DNA of 64,000 bases. It comes from an uncultured PS1 clade bacterium. Its GTDB lineage: Bacteria; Pseudomonadota; Alphaproteobacteria; MED-G09. This document shows, piece after piece, positions 1 through 8,074 of the stretch (position 1 is its first letter; each line of letters begins with the position of its first letter). The notes below the pieces were generated by a model. That model saw only the letters and a list, made by a program, of their open reading frames with translations. It was not told the origin of the DNA and made no database searches. A program made the translations under genes and the position numbers. The stretch is from positions 67,920-131,919 of the forward strand of contig CACBCD010000002.1 of the NCBI GenBank assembly GCA_902537725.1, in the 5' to 3' direction.

Positions 1-2109
1 AAATTCAGCTTCCAGACCTGACATTTCAGCATCAATATTTTCATTTACAGAAGTTCGTGCAATGATTTTTGATACTTGTAGTCCTTGATAATCGTAATAA
101 AAAGCTGAAAGATTTGCTATCAATTGATTATCCATCATTACATTTTTCATACCTATTTCAAACGCATCAATAAACTCAGGATCAGCTTGAGGTTTAACCC
201 CTGCAAATAAAACAGGATCGACAGGTGGATTAAAAAGACCTGGACGATAACCTCTAGAAATACTTGCATAAATTAATGTTGAGTCAGTAGCTTCTAAATC
301 AGGTGTCCAATCTATAGCAGCTCTATAGGTAGTCTCTTCTTCAGTAAAAGAAGTAGGGTTTCCAGTAAGTGCTCTCTGTTCACCTGGCGCAGGAATTGGC
401 GCTAAGGCAGGAGGAGCAAGTCCAGCAAGAACAAGCCCTAGGTTAGGATCTGTTCTCTGAATTGAGGCTGTAACAGGGTCACCAACACTTGTCCCCCCAG
501 CAAGAATAATGGAATTTAGGAATTGTTGAGCATCAGCAACTCTTTTCTCAGATTCATTCCATCGCGCACCAAGTGTAATAGTTGTATCTTCATTTACATC
601 AATATAAACTTGAGTAAATAAACCCTTACGCTCTAATTCATATGGATTTGTTAAATTTCTATAATGAGATGGATATAATCTAGCACCACTTAAAATTGGT
701 GCAAGAGCAACAGCATCACCACCATTAAAATAGACGTCATATAGATTAACTAATTCAGACTCGACCATATTAAAGCCTGCAACAAAATTAACATTACCAT
801 CAAAATCTGAGCTAACAATAATATCACCATATTTGTATTCATTGTCACCCATTGATGTGTCATAGGCAAATGGGAAATCATGATAACCACCAATAGAATC
901 ACCAAAAATACCCATTGATCCGCCACCGTTAGGATCTGTCCATCCAGAAATAGGTAGTTTTCCATCGGGGAAGAAAGGATTTGTACCTTTATATAGTTTT
1001 GTTCGACCATCATTATTTGTGTAGTCTTGTTGAGTAAAAATTAAACGTTCATGAAGAGCAAAATTTGCTTTTATAGTAATATTCTCAAATGAATTATTTT
1101 CTATTGCAAAAATATAAGCTTTTTCATCAACTTTATAAACAGGATCAATTGCTTGATAGCTCTCTCTGATACCAAACAAGGGATTACTTGGCGCTGTATC
1201 AAGTGGACTAAAGCTTTGAAGTCCAGCTGCACCTAAAAGAAGACCATTTAAACCTGAACCTGCTGTAGGCTGCTCTCGACCAAACTCAAAAGGGTTACAA
1301 CCATAAGCCGGTGTTTCAGTCATTTTACACATCTGACGACCAGCACGGGCTCTGTTGTCATCTTCTTCAAAATTCATATATGTAAATCTAGCAATGGTAT
1401 TTTCGTTTAAATCTGCCTCTAAAACAGCTCTATAAGAAGAAATATCTCTTCCATCTATATCTTGACCCTCTTTACCAGGAAACATATTTGTAGAGAAACC
1501 GTCTCTTCTTAAGTTCATTCCAGAAACTCTCAACCGAAGATTGTCTGATAAAGGCATATTCATAGCAAGTTTTATTTTCTTACTATTATAGTCTCCATAC
1601 TCAATTTCTACACTTCCTCCTGCCTCATTTGTGGGTCGAGCAAAAATTAAATTGACCGTACCAGCGGTAGCATTTGCTCCGTACAAGGTTCCTTGGGGGC
1701 CTCTTAAAATCTCAACACGTTCAACATCATAAAACTCTGTCTCAAAAATACTTGTTGGAAGGGGAACACTATCTAAGTGATAGGCAACAGCTCCATCACC
1801 CGACGCAGCAACTGCTGCCGAAGCAACACCTCTAATTGACATACTGCCTCCAGTAAAGTTACCTCTGGTATATGTTATGCTAGGAATATTAAACTGAAGA
1901 TCTCCAAAAGTTTCGATTTGCTGCAGTTCTAGTGCATCAGAACCAAAAGCCGAAACTGCGATCGGGACATCTTGAATACTTTGCTCTGATCTTTCAGCTG
2001 TAACAAGAATTTCTTCTATACCACTATCAAGTGCTTGAGCTAAAGAATTTTTTGAAAAAATTAAAGTAGCAATCATAAAAATGATCACAATTGAAAAACG
2101 TTTTGACAT
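1..2109 (-). CDS. TonB-dependent receptor (TBDR-1). N-terminus is in the window; the C-terminus runs off the left edge.
   Basis: Not in the ORF track because it is open at the edge. My minus-strand translation from ATG 2109..2107 gives MSKRFSIVIIFMIATLIFSKNSLAQ (signal peptide), then the plug motifs EEILVTAERSEQSIQDVPIAVSAF and DVERVEILRGPQGTLYGANATAGTVNL. The frame stays open to base 1 (2109 nt = 703 codons) and ends ..MSGLEAEF. A GGGGGAGG RBS lies upstream. Confidence 0.85.
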   Translation of the reverse strand, partial: MSKRFSIVIIFMIATLIFSKNSLAQALDSGIEEILVTAERSEQSIQDVPIAVSAFGSDALELQQIETFGDLQFNIPSITYTRGNFTGGSMSIRGVASAAVAASGDGAVAYHLDSVPLPTSIFETEFYDVERVEILRGPQGTLYGANATAGTVNLIFARPTNEAGGSVEIEYGDYNSKKIKLAMNMPLSDNLRLRVSGMNLRRDGFSTNMFPGKEGQDIDGRDISSYRAVLEADLNENTIARFTYMNFEEDDNRARAGRQMCKMTETPAYGCNPFEFGREQPTAGSGLNGLLLGAAGLQSFSPLDTAPSNPLFGIRESYQAIDPVYKVDEKAYIFAIENNSFENITIKANFALHERLIFTQQDYTNNDGRTKLYKGTNPFFPDGKLPISGWTDPNGGGSMGIFGDSIGGYHDFPFAYDTSMGDNEYKYGDIIVSSDFDGNVNFVAGFNMVESELVNLYDVYFNGGDAVALAPILSGARLYPSHYRNLTNPYELERKGLFTQVYIDVNEDTTITLGARWNESEKRVADAQQFLNSIILAGGTSVGDPVTASIQRTDPNLGLVLAGLAPPALAPIPAPGEQRALTGNPTSFTEEETTYRAAIDWTPDLEATDSTLIYASISRGYRPGLFNPPVDPVLFAGVKPQADPEFIDAFEIGMKNVMMDNQLIANLSAFYYDYQGLQVSKIIARTSVNENIDAEMSGLEAEF

Positions 2110-2220
2110 TATAAGTGCCTCCCCCAGTGCATACGTTTTACCGTATTTGTTATTTTTAAATAGGCCTTAATTAAGATAACATTCAAATTTTTATTAAGAC
2201 AATGATTTTTTTAAAAAATC

Positions 2221-2280
2221 TTAAAAAACGTAGTGTATTAAATTTACAACATATTAGAAGTATTATTTAACACACTACGT
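2221..2280 (-). terminator. 16-bp hairpin followed by a U-tract: terminator or attenuator in the TBDR-2/TBDR-1 spacer
   Basis: The arms at 2228-2243 and 2265-2280 are inverted repeats matching at 15 of 16 positions. The single mismatch is a G-U wobble in the minus-strand RNA but an A/C mismatch in the plus-strand RNA. On the minus strand the stem is followed directly by UUUUUU-AA-GAUUUUUU. The loop is 21 nt, larger than in a classic terminator. Confidence 0.45.
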
Positions 2281-2445
2281 ATGTGGGATATTTTTTTAGT
2301 TCTTTGGAGCTAAAATCATTTCCCCCCGACCATATCTTCATATGTTATATGAAATTATTATTATTATTTATGGTAAATAAGATACTACAATTATTTTATT
2401 ATTTATCAACTAAATAATAACTATTTATTATAATAATATTAACAT

Positions 2446-2474
2446 ATAAAAAAGGCGACTAAAAAGCCGCCTTT
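2446..2474 (-). terminator. Rho-independent terminator of TBDR-2
   Basis: Minus-strand RNA reads AAGGCGGC-UUUUUA-GUCGCCUU followed by UUUU. It begins about 27 nt after the TBDR-2 stop codon (2501-2503). It is a GC-rich stem in an AT-rich background. Confidence 0.75.
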
Positions 2475-2500
2475 AATATAGCTATATATTTTATTTTACA

Positions 2501-5089
2501 CTAGAATTGTTTGCCTATTGTTAGACCCCATGTTCTTGGTTGATTTGGATATATTGCGAATGAACCGGGTGAACCAGGTACCGGGAAAGCTGTTTGAACA
2601 AATTCATCTTCATTCAAATTTCTACCCCATAGTAACAGGTTCCATCCAGAATTCTTATCTGTTATTCCTAAACTTGCATTAAGCATTCCAACTTCCCTTG
2701 GTGCTAAACTAATTGGAACACCGTCTGTTGCCTGTATTTCATCTTCATAAACATATTCTGCTCTTATAAAACCATTCATAGAATTACCAAAATCAAATGT
2801 ATAAACTCCAGACACTGTTATAGCTAACTCCGGAATACCTGCAGGAGTCCTACCAGTGAAGTCTTGAAATCTTGATAACACCCCATCAACGAAAGGACAG
2901 TCATCCTCTTTTGGTGGAGATAAAGTACCATCGCATGGACCCTTTTCAAATGATCCATACTCTGAGTCAATAAGACTGGCGCTAAAAGTTAGAGAGAAAT
3001 CAGGAGTAAGGTAAAATAAAGAGTCTATTTCAATCCCTTTGTGAGTTTGTTCTTCAACATTCACAAGATTAAAACCAGTTCCAACAAATATGTTTGATTG
3101 AATTCCATCCACAGTCATGTGAAAAAAAGCTATATTTAAAAAACCATTACTAAAAATTGATTTAACACCAAACTCAATATTTTCTGCTTCTTCAGGACCT
3201 GCAAAGTAAAGGCTATTATCCATTGGTAAACCAGAATATACAGTTGCATTAGAAGATAGGTTTACCGATGACGCTTTAAAACCTGTTGAGTGACTTGCAT
3301 AAATTGATAAATTTTCAGCAATATCATGAACTATTTTTAAAGAGTGAGTAACATCATCTGAGTCCCATTTTCCATCTTCTGTAGCATTTGGATAATTATA
3401 GAATGGAGGAAAAAATTGAAATCCAGATAAACGTGCTGTAGATGGATCAAGTGCGAATGGAATTGTTGCAAAGTTATCATTTATTTGAACATCAGAGACT
3501 ACTGTTTTTTCATCTTTTGTATAATTTACTCCAAAAGAAATTCTTGTGTTTGAGTTAATATCATAATCAAAATTAGCAAAGATACTGAAAGATTCATTAT
3601 CCATATCAAAATATTCATGCTGAAGTCCGTCATTTAAACCATACCAGCCTGCTCTTTGTTGAGCGGCTAGTCCAGGTATAATTGCTGCAATACCTCCATC
3701 AAGTGCTGGACTCCCTGTAGAAATTCCAGCTAAAACACCACCAATTTGAGTTGTAGTTAATGGTGGTAATGCAGTTCCCAAAATAGAGGTTTGTACTGCC
3801 GGAGGTAGGTTTGATATTTGTGCAAGTGCACCAATAGCAACACCACCAGCAATTTCGTTAAGGCTAGTAGGTACAGCTGATAAAATAATATCGACAAAAC
3901 TACCAATACTTTCTTTATAAAAAACATCTCTATCATGTTTAACTGTCTCGTCTTGATAATAAGCTCCAATCATCCATTGAAATCTACCTTCGGTTTGGGA
4001 GCTTAATCTAAATTCCTGAGAAAAAGTTTCAAATTCGTCTCGTATCCCATTGGTTAAAAGTGGAAGAGCACTAAAGTCTACATCACCATTTACATCATGA
4101 GAATTTTCTCTATAAGCAGTAATAGACTTAAAAGCCACAGTTCCAAGATCCCAGTCGGCATGTAAAGACAGGCCTTTACCTTCAAGTTCTCCAGTAGGAT
4201 CTATATTTAAATATGTTTCGTAACCATAAGGATTAACTGGGTTAATTATCGTTTGTGTACCCATTCCTAATTGACCAATTAAAAATGCTCCTGCGAGAGT
4301 AGCGCCACCATTTTGTACAGACGCAGTTGTACAGCAAAGTTCATCTGCAGTATCATAATCTAAGATTAGTCTAAGTGACAAATCTTCATTAATCTCAGTT
4401 AGAAGCTGAGCACGAATTGCTTGACGGTCTCTATCATTAATTTCAGTTCCTAAATACAGGTTTTTAACATAGCCATCTCTTTCATTAGAAGAGGCTGTTA
4501 ACCTAAAATAGGTGTTGCTACTAATTGGTCCAGTTACGGTTCCACCAAATTTTTTAAGGCCATAATCACCAGCAGTTGCTTCAATTTTTGCGGAGAATTC
4601 ATTTTCAGGTTTTTTTGTAGTTATGCTTATTACACCAGCAGAAGCGCTTTTACCAAATAATGTGGATTGAGGACCTTTAAGAACTTCTACTCTTTCAACT
4701 GACATTAAATCATTTAGTGCTGACTGATTTCTTGAAATCATAACTCCATCAATTGCGATCGCAACTGCAGGTTCAACACCCGGATTATTTGCTCCATTTC
4801 CAAACCCTCTAATTAAAAAGGTATTTTGATTAGCAAATTGTTGTTGGTTAATCTTTAACGAAGGAACTGAGCTTTGTAAATCAAGAATATCATTTATTGC
4901 AAGTTGTTCAATTTGCTCAACACCAATTACAGAGATAGCTAACGGTGCATCTTGAAGAGTTGTTTCTTTTTTTGTTGCTGTTACAACAATTTCTTCAATT
5001 TGTAGGTTTGTTTGAGCTTCTAGATTATTAGTGACAATTAAAGAAAGCACTAATGTGAAAAATACAAAGATATGGTTTTGCCAGCGCAT
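2501..5089 (-). CDS. TonB-dependent receptor (TBDR-2), 862 aa
   Basis: Signal peptide, TonB-box/plug region (EEIVVTATKKETTLQDAPLAISVI; VERVEVLKGPQSTLFGKSASAGVISI), and a C-terminal beta-barrel ending ..RTWGLTIGKQF with a terminal aromatic residue. Confidence 0.9.
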   Translation of the reverse strand: MRWQNHIFVFFTLVLSLIVTNNLEAQTNLQIEEIVVTATKKETTLQDAPLAISVIGVEQIEQLAINDILDLQSSVPSLKINQQQFANQNTFLIRGFGNGANNPGVEPAVAIAIDGVMISRNQSALNDLMSVERVEVLKGPQSTLFGKSASAGVISITTKKPENEFSAKIEATAGDYGLKKFGGTVTGPISSNTYFRLTASSNERDGYVKNLYLGTEINDRDRQAIRAQLLTEINEDLSLRLILDYDTADELCCTTASVQNGGATLAGAFLIGQLGMGTQTIINPVNPYGYETYLNIDPTGELEGKGLSLHADWDLGTVAFKSITAYRENSHDVNGDVDFSALPLLTNGIRDEFETFSQEFRLSSQTEGRFQWMIGAYYQDETVKHDRDVFYKESIGSFVDIILSAVPTSLNEIAGGVAIGALAQISNLPPAVQTSILGTALPPLTTTQIGGVLAGISTGSPALDGGIAAIIPGLAAQQRAGWYGLNDGLQHEYFDMDNESFSIFANFDYDINSNTRISFGVNYTKDEKTVVSDVQINDNFATIPFALDPSTARLSGFQFFPPFYNYPNATEDGKWDSDDVTHSLKIVHDIAENLSIYASHSTGFKASSVNLSSNATVYSGLPMDNSLYFAGPEEAENIEFGVKSIFSNGFLNIAFFHMTVDGIQSNIFVGTGFNLVNVEEQTHKGIEIDSLFYLTPDFSLTFSASLIDSEYGSFEKGPCDGTLSPPKEDDCPFVDGVLSRFQDFTGRTPAGIPELAITVSGVYTFDFGNSMNGFIRAEYVYEDEIQATDGVPISLAPREVGMLNASLGITDKNSGWNLLLWGRNLNEDEFVQTAFPVPGSPGSFAIYPNQPRTWGLTIGKQF

Positions 5090-5234
5090 AGTTAGTCTCC
5101 CCTATGTTAACAATTCTTTATTATTATTTTTATTGATGATTGCTAAAATTAAAAAATATACATTAATATATTGAATCTTTCAGTACAATGAAAAATATTG
5201 GAAAATTCTAATACTGTTGTATAAATACAACTAA

Positions 5235-6161
5235 TTAATTTAATTTAATTTCTTTTAATCTTTGTTTTAAGAAATCATCAGCAATGATTCCTTTTGGAAA
5301 AATATTTGGATTATTTTTACTAATGCATGAATTAATTGTCTCTATAAAAAAATCAGGATTTAAATGAATAAAAAAAGGCATTGAGTATCTTGAATAATTC
5401 TTTGATTCATTGCTGGGGTTTACAACCTTATGTGTTGTGGAAACTAATTTTTTATTAGTTAATCGTTGAAGCATATCACCAACATTGCAAACAATAATAT
5501 TTGGGTTAGTTTTAATAGGTATCCAATTATTATTTTGATCTAATATTTCCAAACCTTCCTGTTGTGTTCCAAGAAGAAGAGTAATCAGATTAATGTCCTC
5601 ATGAGGCCCCGCTCTTAACCCATCATTTTTTTTATCAGTAGGTGGATAGTGAATTAGTCTTAAAATTGAGTTTCCTTGATTAATCTTTTTATCAAACCAA
5701 TCTGGTTTCAAATTTAAATAGAGAGATATATATGATAATATTTTCTTTCCTAAAAAATCTAAGTCTTTAAAAAGATCATTTAGGGTTTGATCAAAATTTT
5801 CAATTTCACTTACACTCTCATTTTTAGGGACTGTATTAATATACTCTTTCTTCCAGTTAGACCTTCCATGATGCCAAAATTCTTTTTGATCAGGGCTGGA
5901 TGCATTTACAGCTTTTTCAATTCCAAAGGGAGTATAGCCTCTTTGTCCTGCCCCTCCAACTTGATGATATTTCATTTTGTTCTTTAAGGATAAGCTAAAA
6001 AATTGTTTAGATAAATTTCTAGCATTTTCGATAGTGCTGATTTTTAAATTATGATCTTTAATTATAAAAAAACCGAATCTTTCACAACTTTTTCCTATGT
6101 CTCTAGATATTTCAATATTTTCGCGATCTGTCTCGTTTATAGAAATGATTGGAAGACTCAT
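5235..6161 (-). CDS. 2-oxoglutarate/Fe(II)-dependent oxygenase (isopenicillin-N-synthase-like family)
   Basis: The N-terminus (FGFFIIKDHNL) is typical of the DIOX_N domain. An HxD...H facial triad is present (GPHEDINLITLL ... STTHKV). Confidence 0.7.
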   Translation of the reverse strand: MSLPIISINETDRENIEISRDIGKSCERFGFFIIKDHNLKISTIENARNLSKQFFSLSLKNKMKYHQVGGAGQRGYTPFGIEKAVNASSPDQKEFWHHGRSNWKKEYINTVPKNESVSEIENFDQTLNDLFKDLDFLGKKILSYISLYLNLKPDWFDKKINQGNSILRLIHYPPTDKKNDGLRAGPHEDINLITLLLGTQQEGLEILDQNNNWIPIKTNPNIIVCNVGDMLQRLTNKKLVSTTHKVVNPSNESKNYSRYSMPFFIHLNPDFFIETINSCISKNNPNIFPKGIIADDFLKQRLKEIKLN

Positions 6162-6163
6162 TT

Positions 6164-6589
6164 TTAGAATTCTTTTGTTTCTATGTTTAGCTGACCCTCA
6201 AGACCAGCAGATCTGTGTTTTTCACTTTCTAGATAACTTGGATCTGTTATCATTTTTAACATAGCTTTTCTACTTGGATATCTTGCAATAGCAATCCAGT
6301 CCCATAGCTCCTCAACCTCACCAAGCATTAATCTACTTATTACCCCTGAAAATATTGTCTTTCCTCCAACTTTTTTTAAATGTTCAATAACTTCCATTCC
6401 ATAAATTGCATATGCCTCTTCTCCAGAAAGGTCTGTGTTTCTTTTATCCTCATATTCTGCTTTTTCTTTAAATTTTAGAAGATTAACCATATAGATTGGA
6501 GTATCAATATCTCCTTCTGTGAATTCTTTGATTTGTTGTTCATTTGGAGTGAGTGCATTTTTGTACTTCATAATATAATTATCCTTCAT
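6164..6589 (-). CDS. DUF1330 family protein
   Basis: The pattern IYMVNLLKFKEKAEY ... GEEAYAIYG ... WDWIAIARYPSRKAMLKM matches my memory of the DUF1330 signature. It lies 2 nt from the downstream oxygenase gene. Its start overlaps the 3' end of the upstream (transcription-wise) DUF3108-like gene by 11 nt. Confidence 0.6.
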   Translation of the reverse strand: MKDNYIMKYKNALTPNEQQIKEFTEGDIDTPIYMVNLLKFKEKAEYEDKRNTDLSGEEAYAIYGMEVIEHLKKVGGKTIFSGVISRLMLGEVEELWDWIAIARYPSRKAMLKMITDPSYLESEKHRSAGLEGQLNIETKEF

Positions 6590-7355
6590 TACTATTATCG
6601 TTAATTTCTCTAGCTTTTATTACAAGCGCACCCAATGGAGTATCAATTGTAAATTTAATTGGTATCCACATTTTTTCTTTCTCAAAAAAGGTATACCAAT
6701 ATGTGATGGCATTATCTTCTGATGCGGTTTCTAAAAAATCACTCTCATTGTAACCAACTATTGCATTGAAAGAACCTCTGCAAATTATTGTTTCATATTC
6801 CAAGTTATTAATATTTAATTTTGATTTCTTTGATTTTTCACTCATAAGTATCTGATATGATCTAACGCCATCAAAACTTTTACTATTTTCAAGACATGGA
6901 TTGTTAAATTTATTTGAAACTACAAAAGCGCTATTTGGATCGCTTGCACCTTTTCCATATTTTTTCAAAAATTCTTCAGTGGGTATATCTTCATTTCTAT
7001 AGGGTGGATCAGCATTTACTGAGACTGGCAAACCTTTCTTATAATTAATTTCAGCAACTCTAGATTTATTTTTATTTTTTATTTCATATGAAAAATTATA
7101 AGAGTCACTAATAAGATTTTTATTGATATATTTTCCATTACTTTCAGCAAAAAATATAAAGCTTACAAAAACATCAACCAGCCCTGATGCCGTAATTGTT
7201 GTTTTTATTTTCCAGTCATCCTCAATTAATTCAGCGGAATAAAGAATATTTGCTACTTGTAATCCACCTAAATAGGCTGAATATTCAAGTTCTGTTTCAG
7301 CTTTTAGATTAGTGAAACTTAAGATAATAAAAATTGTTAGAAAAATGTTTTTCAT
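6579..7355 (-). CDS. Secreted protein, DUF3108-like
   Basis: Signal peptide (MKNIFLTIFIILSFTNLKA). The size and the YSAYLGGLQVANI N-terminal pattern resemble DUF3108. The family call is from memory only. Confidence 0.4.
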   Translation of the reverse strand: MKNIFLTIFIILSFTNLKAETELEYSAYLGGLQVANILYSAELIEDDWKIKTTITASGLVDVFVSFIFFAESNGKYINKNLISDSYNFSYEIKNKNKSRVAEINYKKGLPVSVNADPPYRNEDIPTEEFLKKYGKGASDPNSAFVVSNKFNNPCLENSKSFDGVRSYQILMSEKSKKSKLNINNLEYETIICRGSFNAIVGYNESDFLETASEDNAITYWYTFFEKEKMWIPIKFTIDTPLGALVIKAREINDNSNEG

Positions 7356-7441
7356 AATAATCTATTTTAAATATTTAGACTATGTAATCAACTCTAGCCT
7401 GATTTATTTAAGAGAGCTATTATAATATTTAGGAGTTTAAA

Positions 7442-8068
7442 ATGAATTATAAAGCAGTTATATGGGATTTTGGAGGTGTTATTACATCAAGTCCTTTTGA
7501 GGCATTTAATAAATTTGAGTTAGATAACAATCTGCCAAAGGATATAATTAGAACAATTAATTCTGAAAACCCTGATGATAATGCATGGGCTAAATTTGAG
7601 AGAAATGATATTGATATCAATGAGTTTGATGCTTTATTCTCAAAAGAAGCTGATAAAAAGGGGTTTCAAATTTCTGGAAAGCAGGTAGTGAAATTATTGA
7701 CTGGAGATATTAGAAAACCCATGGTTGATTTCCTGTTATTTTTAAAAGAAAATTATAAGCTTGGATGTATCACAAATAATATTCAAAATAGTAAGGATGA
7801 TAAGGTTAATCATCTTAATCAGGCCTCACAAGTTATGAAAATTTTTGATCATATAATTGAGTCTTCGAAGGTAGGACTAAGAAAGCCAGATCCTAATATT
7901 TATTATATGTCCTGTGATGCTCTTGGTGTGAGGCCGGAGGAATGTATTTATCTTGATGATCTAGGCATAAACTTAAAACCAGCGAGAAAAATAGGAATGA
8001 CCACGATTAAGGTAATAGATCCAAATGAGGCTATTAATGAAGTTAAGAAATATTTACAAATAAAATAA
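7442..8068 (+). CDS. HAD-superfamily hydrolase (subfamily IA phosphatase-like)
   Basis: Motif I is present in a variant form, VIWDFGGVIT, where the second Asp of DxD is replaced by Gly. A distal motif YLDDLGINL is also present. Confidence 0.75.
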   Translation: MNYKAVIWDFGGVITSSPFEAFNKFELDNNLPKDIIRTINSENPDDNAWAKFERNDIDINEFDALFSKEADKKGFQISGKQVVKLLTGDIRKPMVDFLLFLKENYKLGCITNNIQNSKDDKVNHLNQASQVMKIFDHIIESSKVGLRKPDPNIYYMSCDALGVRPEECIYLDDLGINLKPARKIGMTTIKVIDPNEAINEVKKYLQIK

Positions 8069-8074
8069 ATTACC

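Noticed and set aside
750-1013. 87-aa ORF from the track on the minus strand
   Set aside because: It lies wholly inside TBDR-1 on the same strand in a different frame. Its composition is a low-complexity artefact of AT-rich DNA, whereas the TBDR-1 frame gives clear receptor motifs.
2110-2450. Cobalamin or other known riboswitch upstream of TBDR-1, as is common for btuB-type receptors
   Set aside because: I read the minus-strand leader and found no B12 box (GCCACUG-like) or other recognisable riboswitch core. I saw only the AU-rich hairpin, which is reported separately.
3757-3969. 70-aa ORF inside TBDR-2; also 5787-5987 inside the oxygenase gene, 8722-8976 and 8757-8954 antisense to regB, 10539-10787 and 10836-11024 antisense to the TIGR03084-like gene, and similar short ORFs throughout the track (12507-12740, 13064-13279, 21838-22062, 22296-22520, 22481-22690, 23057-23245, 23515-23706, 24849-25166, 26237-26470, 26783-27004, 27357-27581, 28113-28325, 29876-30143, 40576-40839, 41414-41605, 43083-43327, 43511-43948, 44160-44792, 48223-48423, 48618-48803, 50654-50953, 52293-52532, 54678-54920, 56844-57709, 58500-58846, 58984-59208, 59337-59606, 61307-61597, 63075-63263)
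   Set aside because: All of them are nested in, or antisense to, longer ORFs with strong family motifs. They have no motifs of their own. They are the expected by-product of stop-poor frames opposite or alongside real genes.
5090-5234. Fur/iron-box-like AT-rich sequence (..GCAATCATCAATAAAAATAATAAT..) and a GTTGTA-TAAA-TACAAC hairpin upstream of TBDR-2
   Set aside because: The similarity to the Fur consensus is partial and not distinguishable from the AT-rich background. Alphaproteobacteria often use other iron regulators. The 6-bp AU hairpin is too weak to call a terminator.
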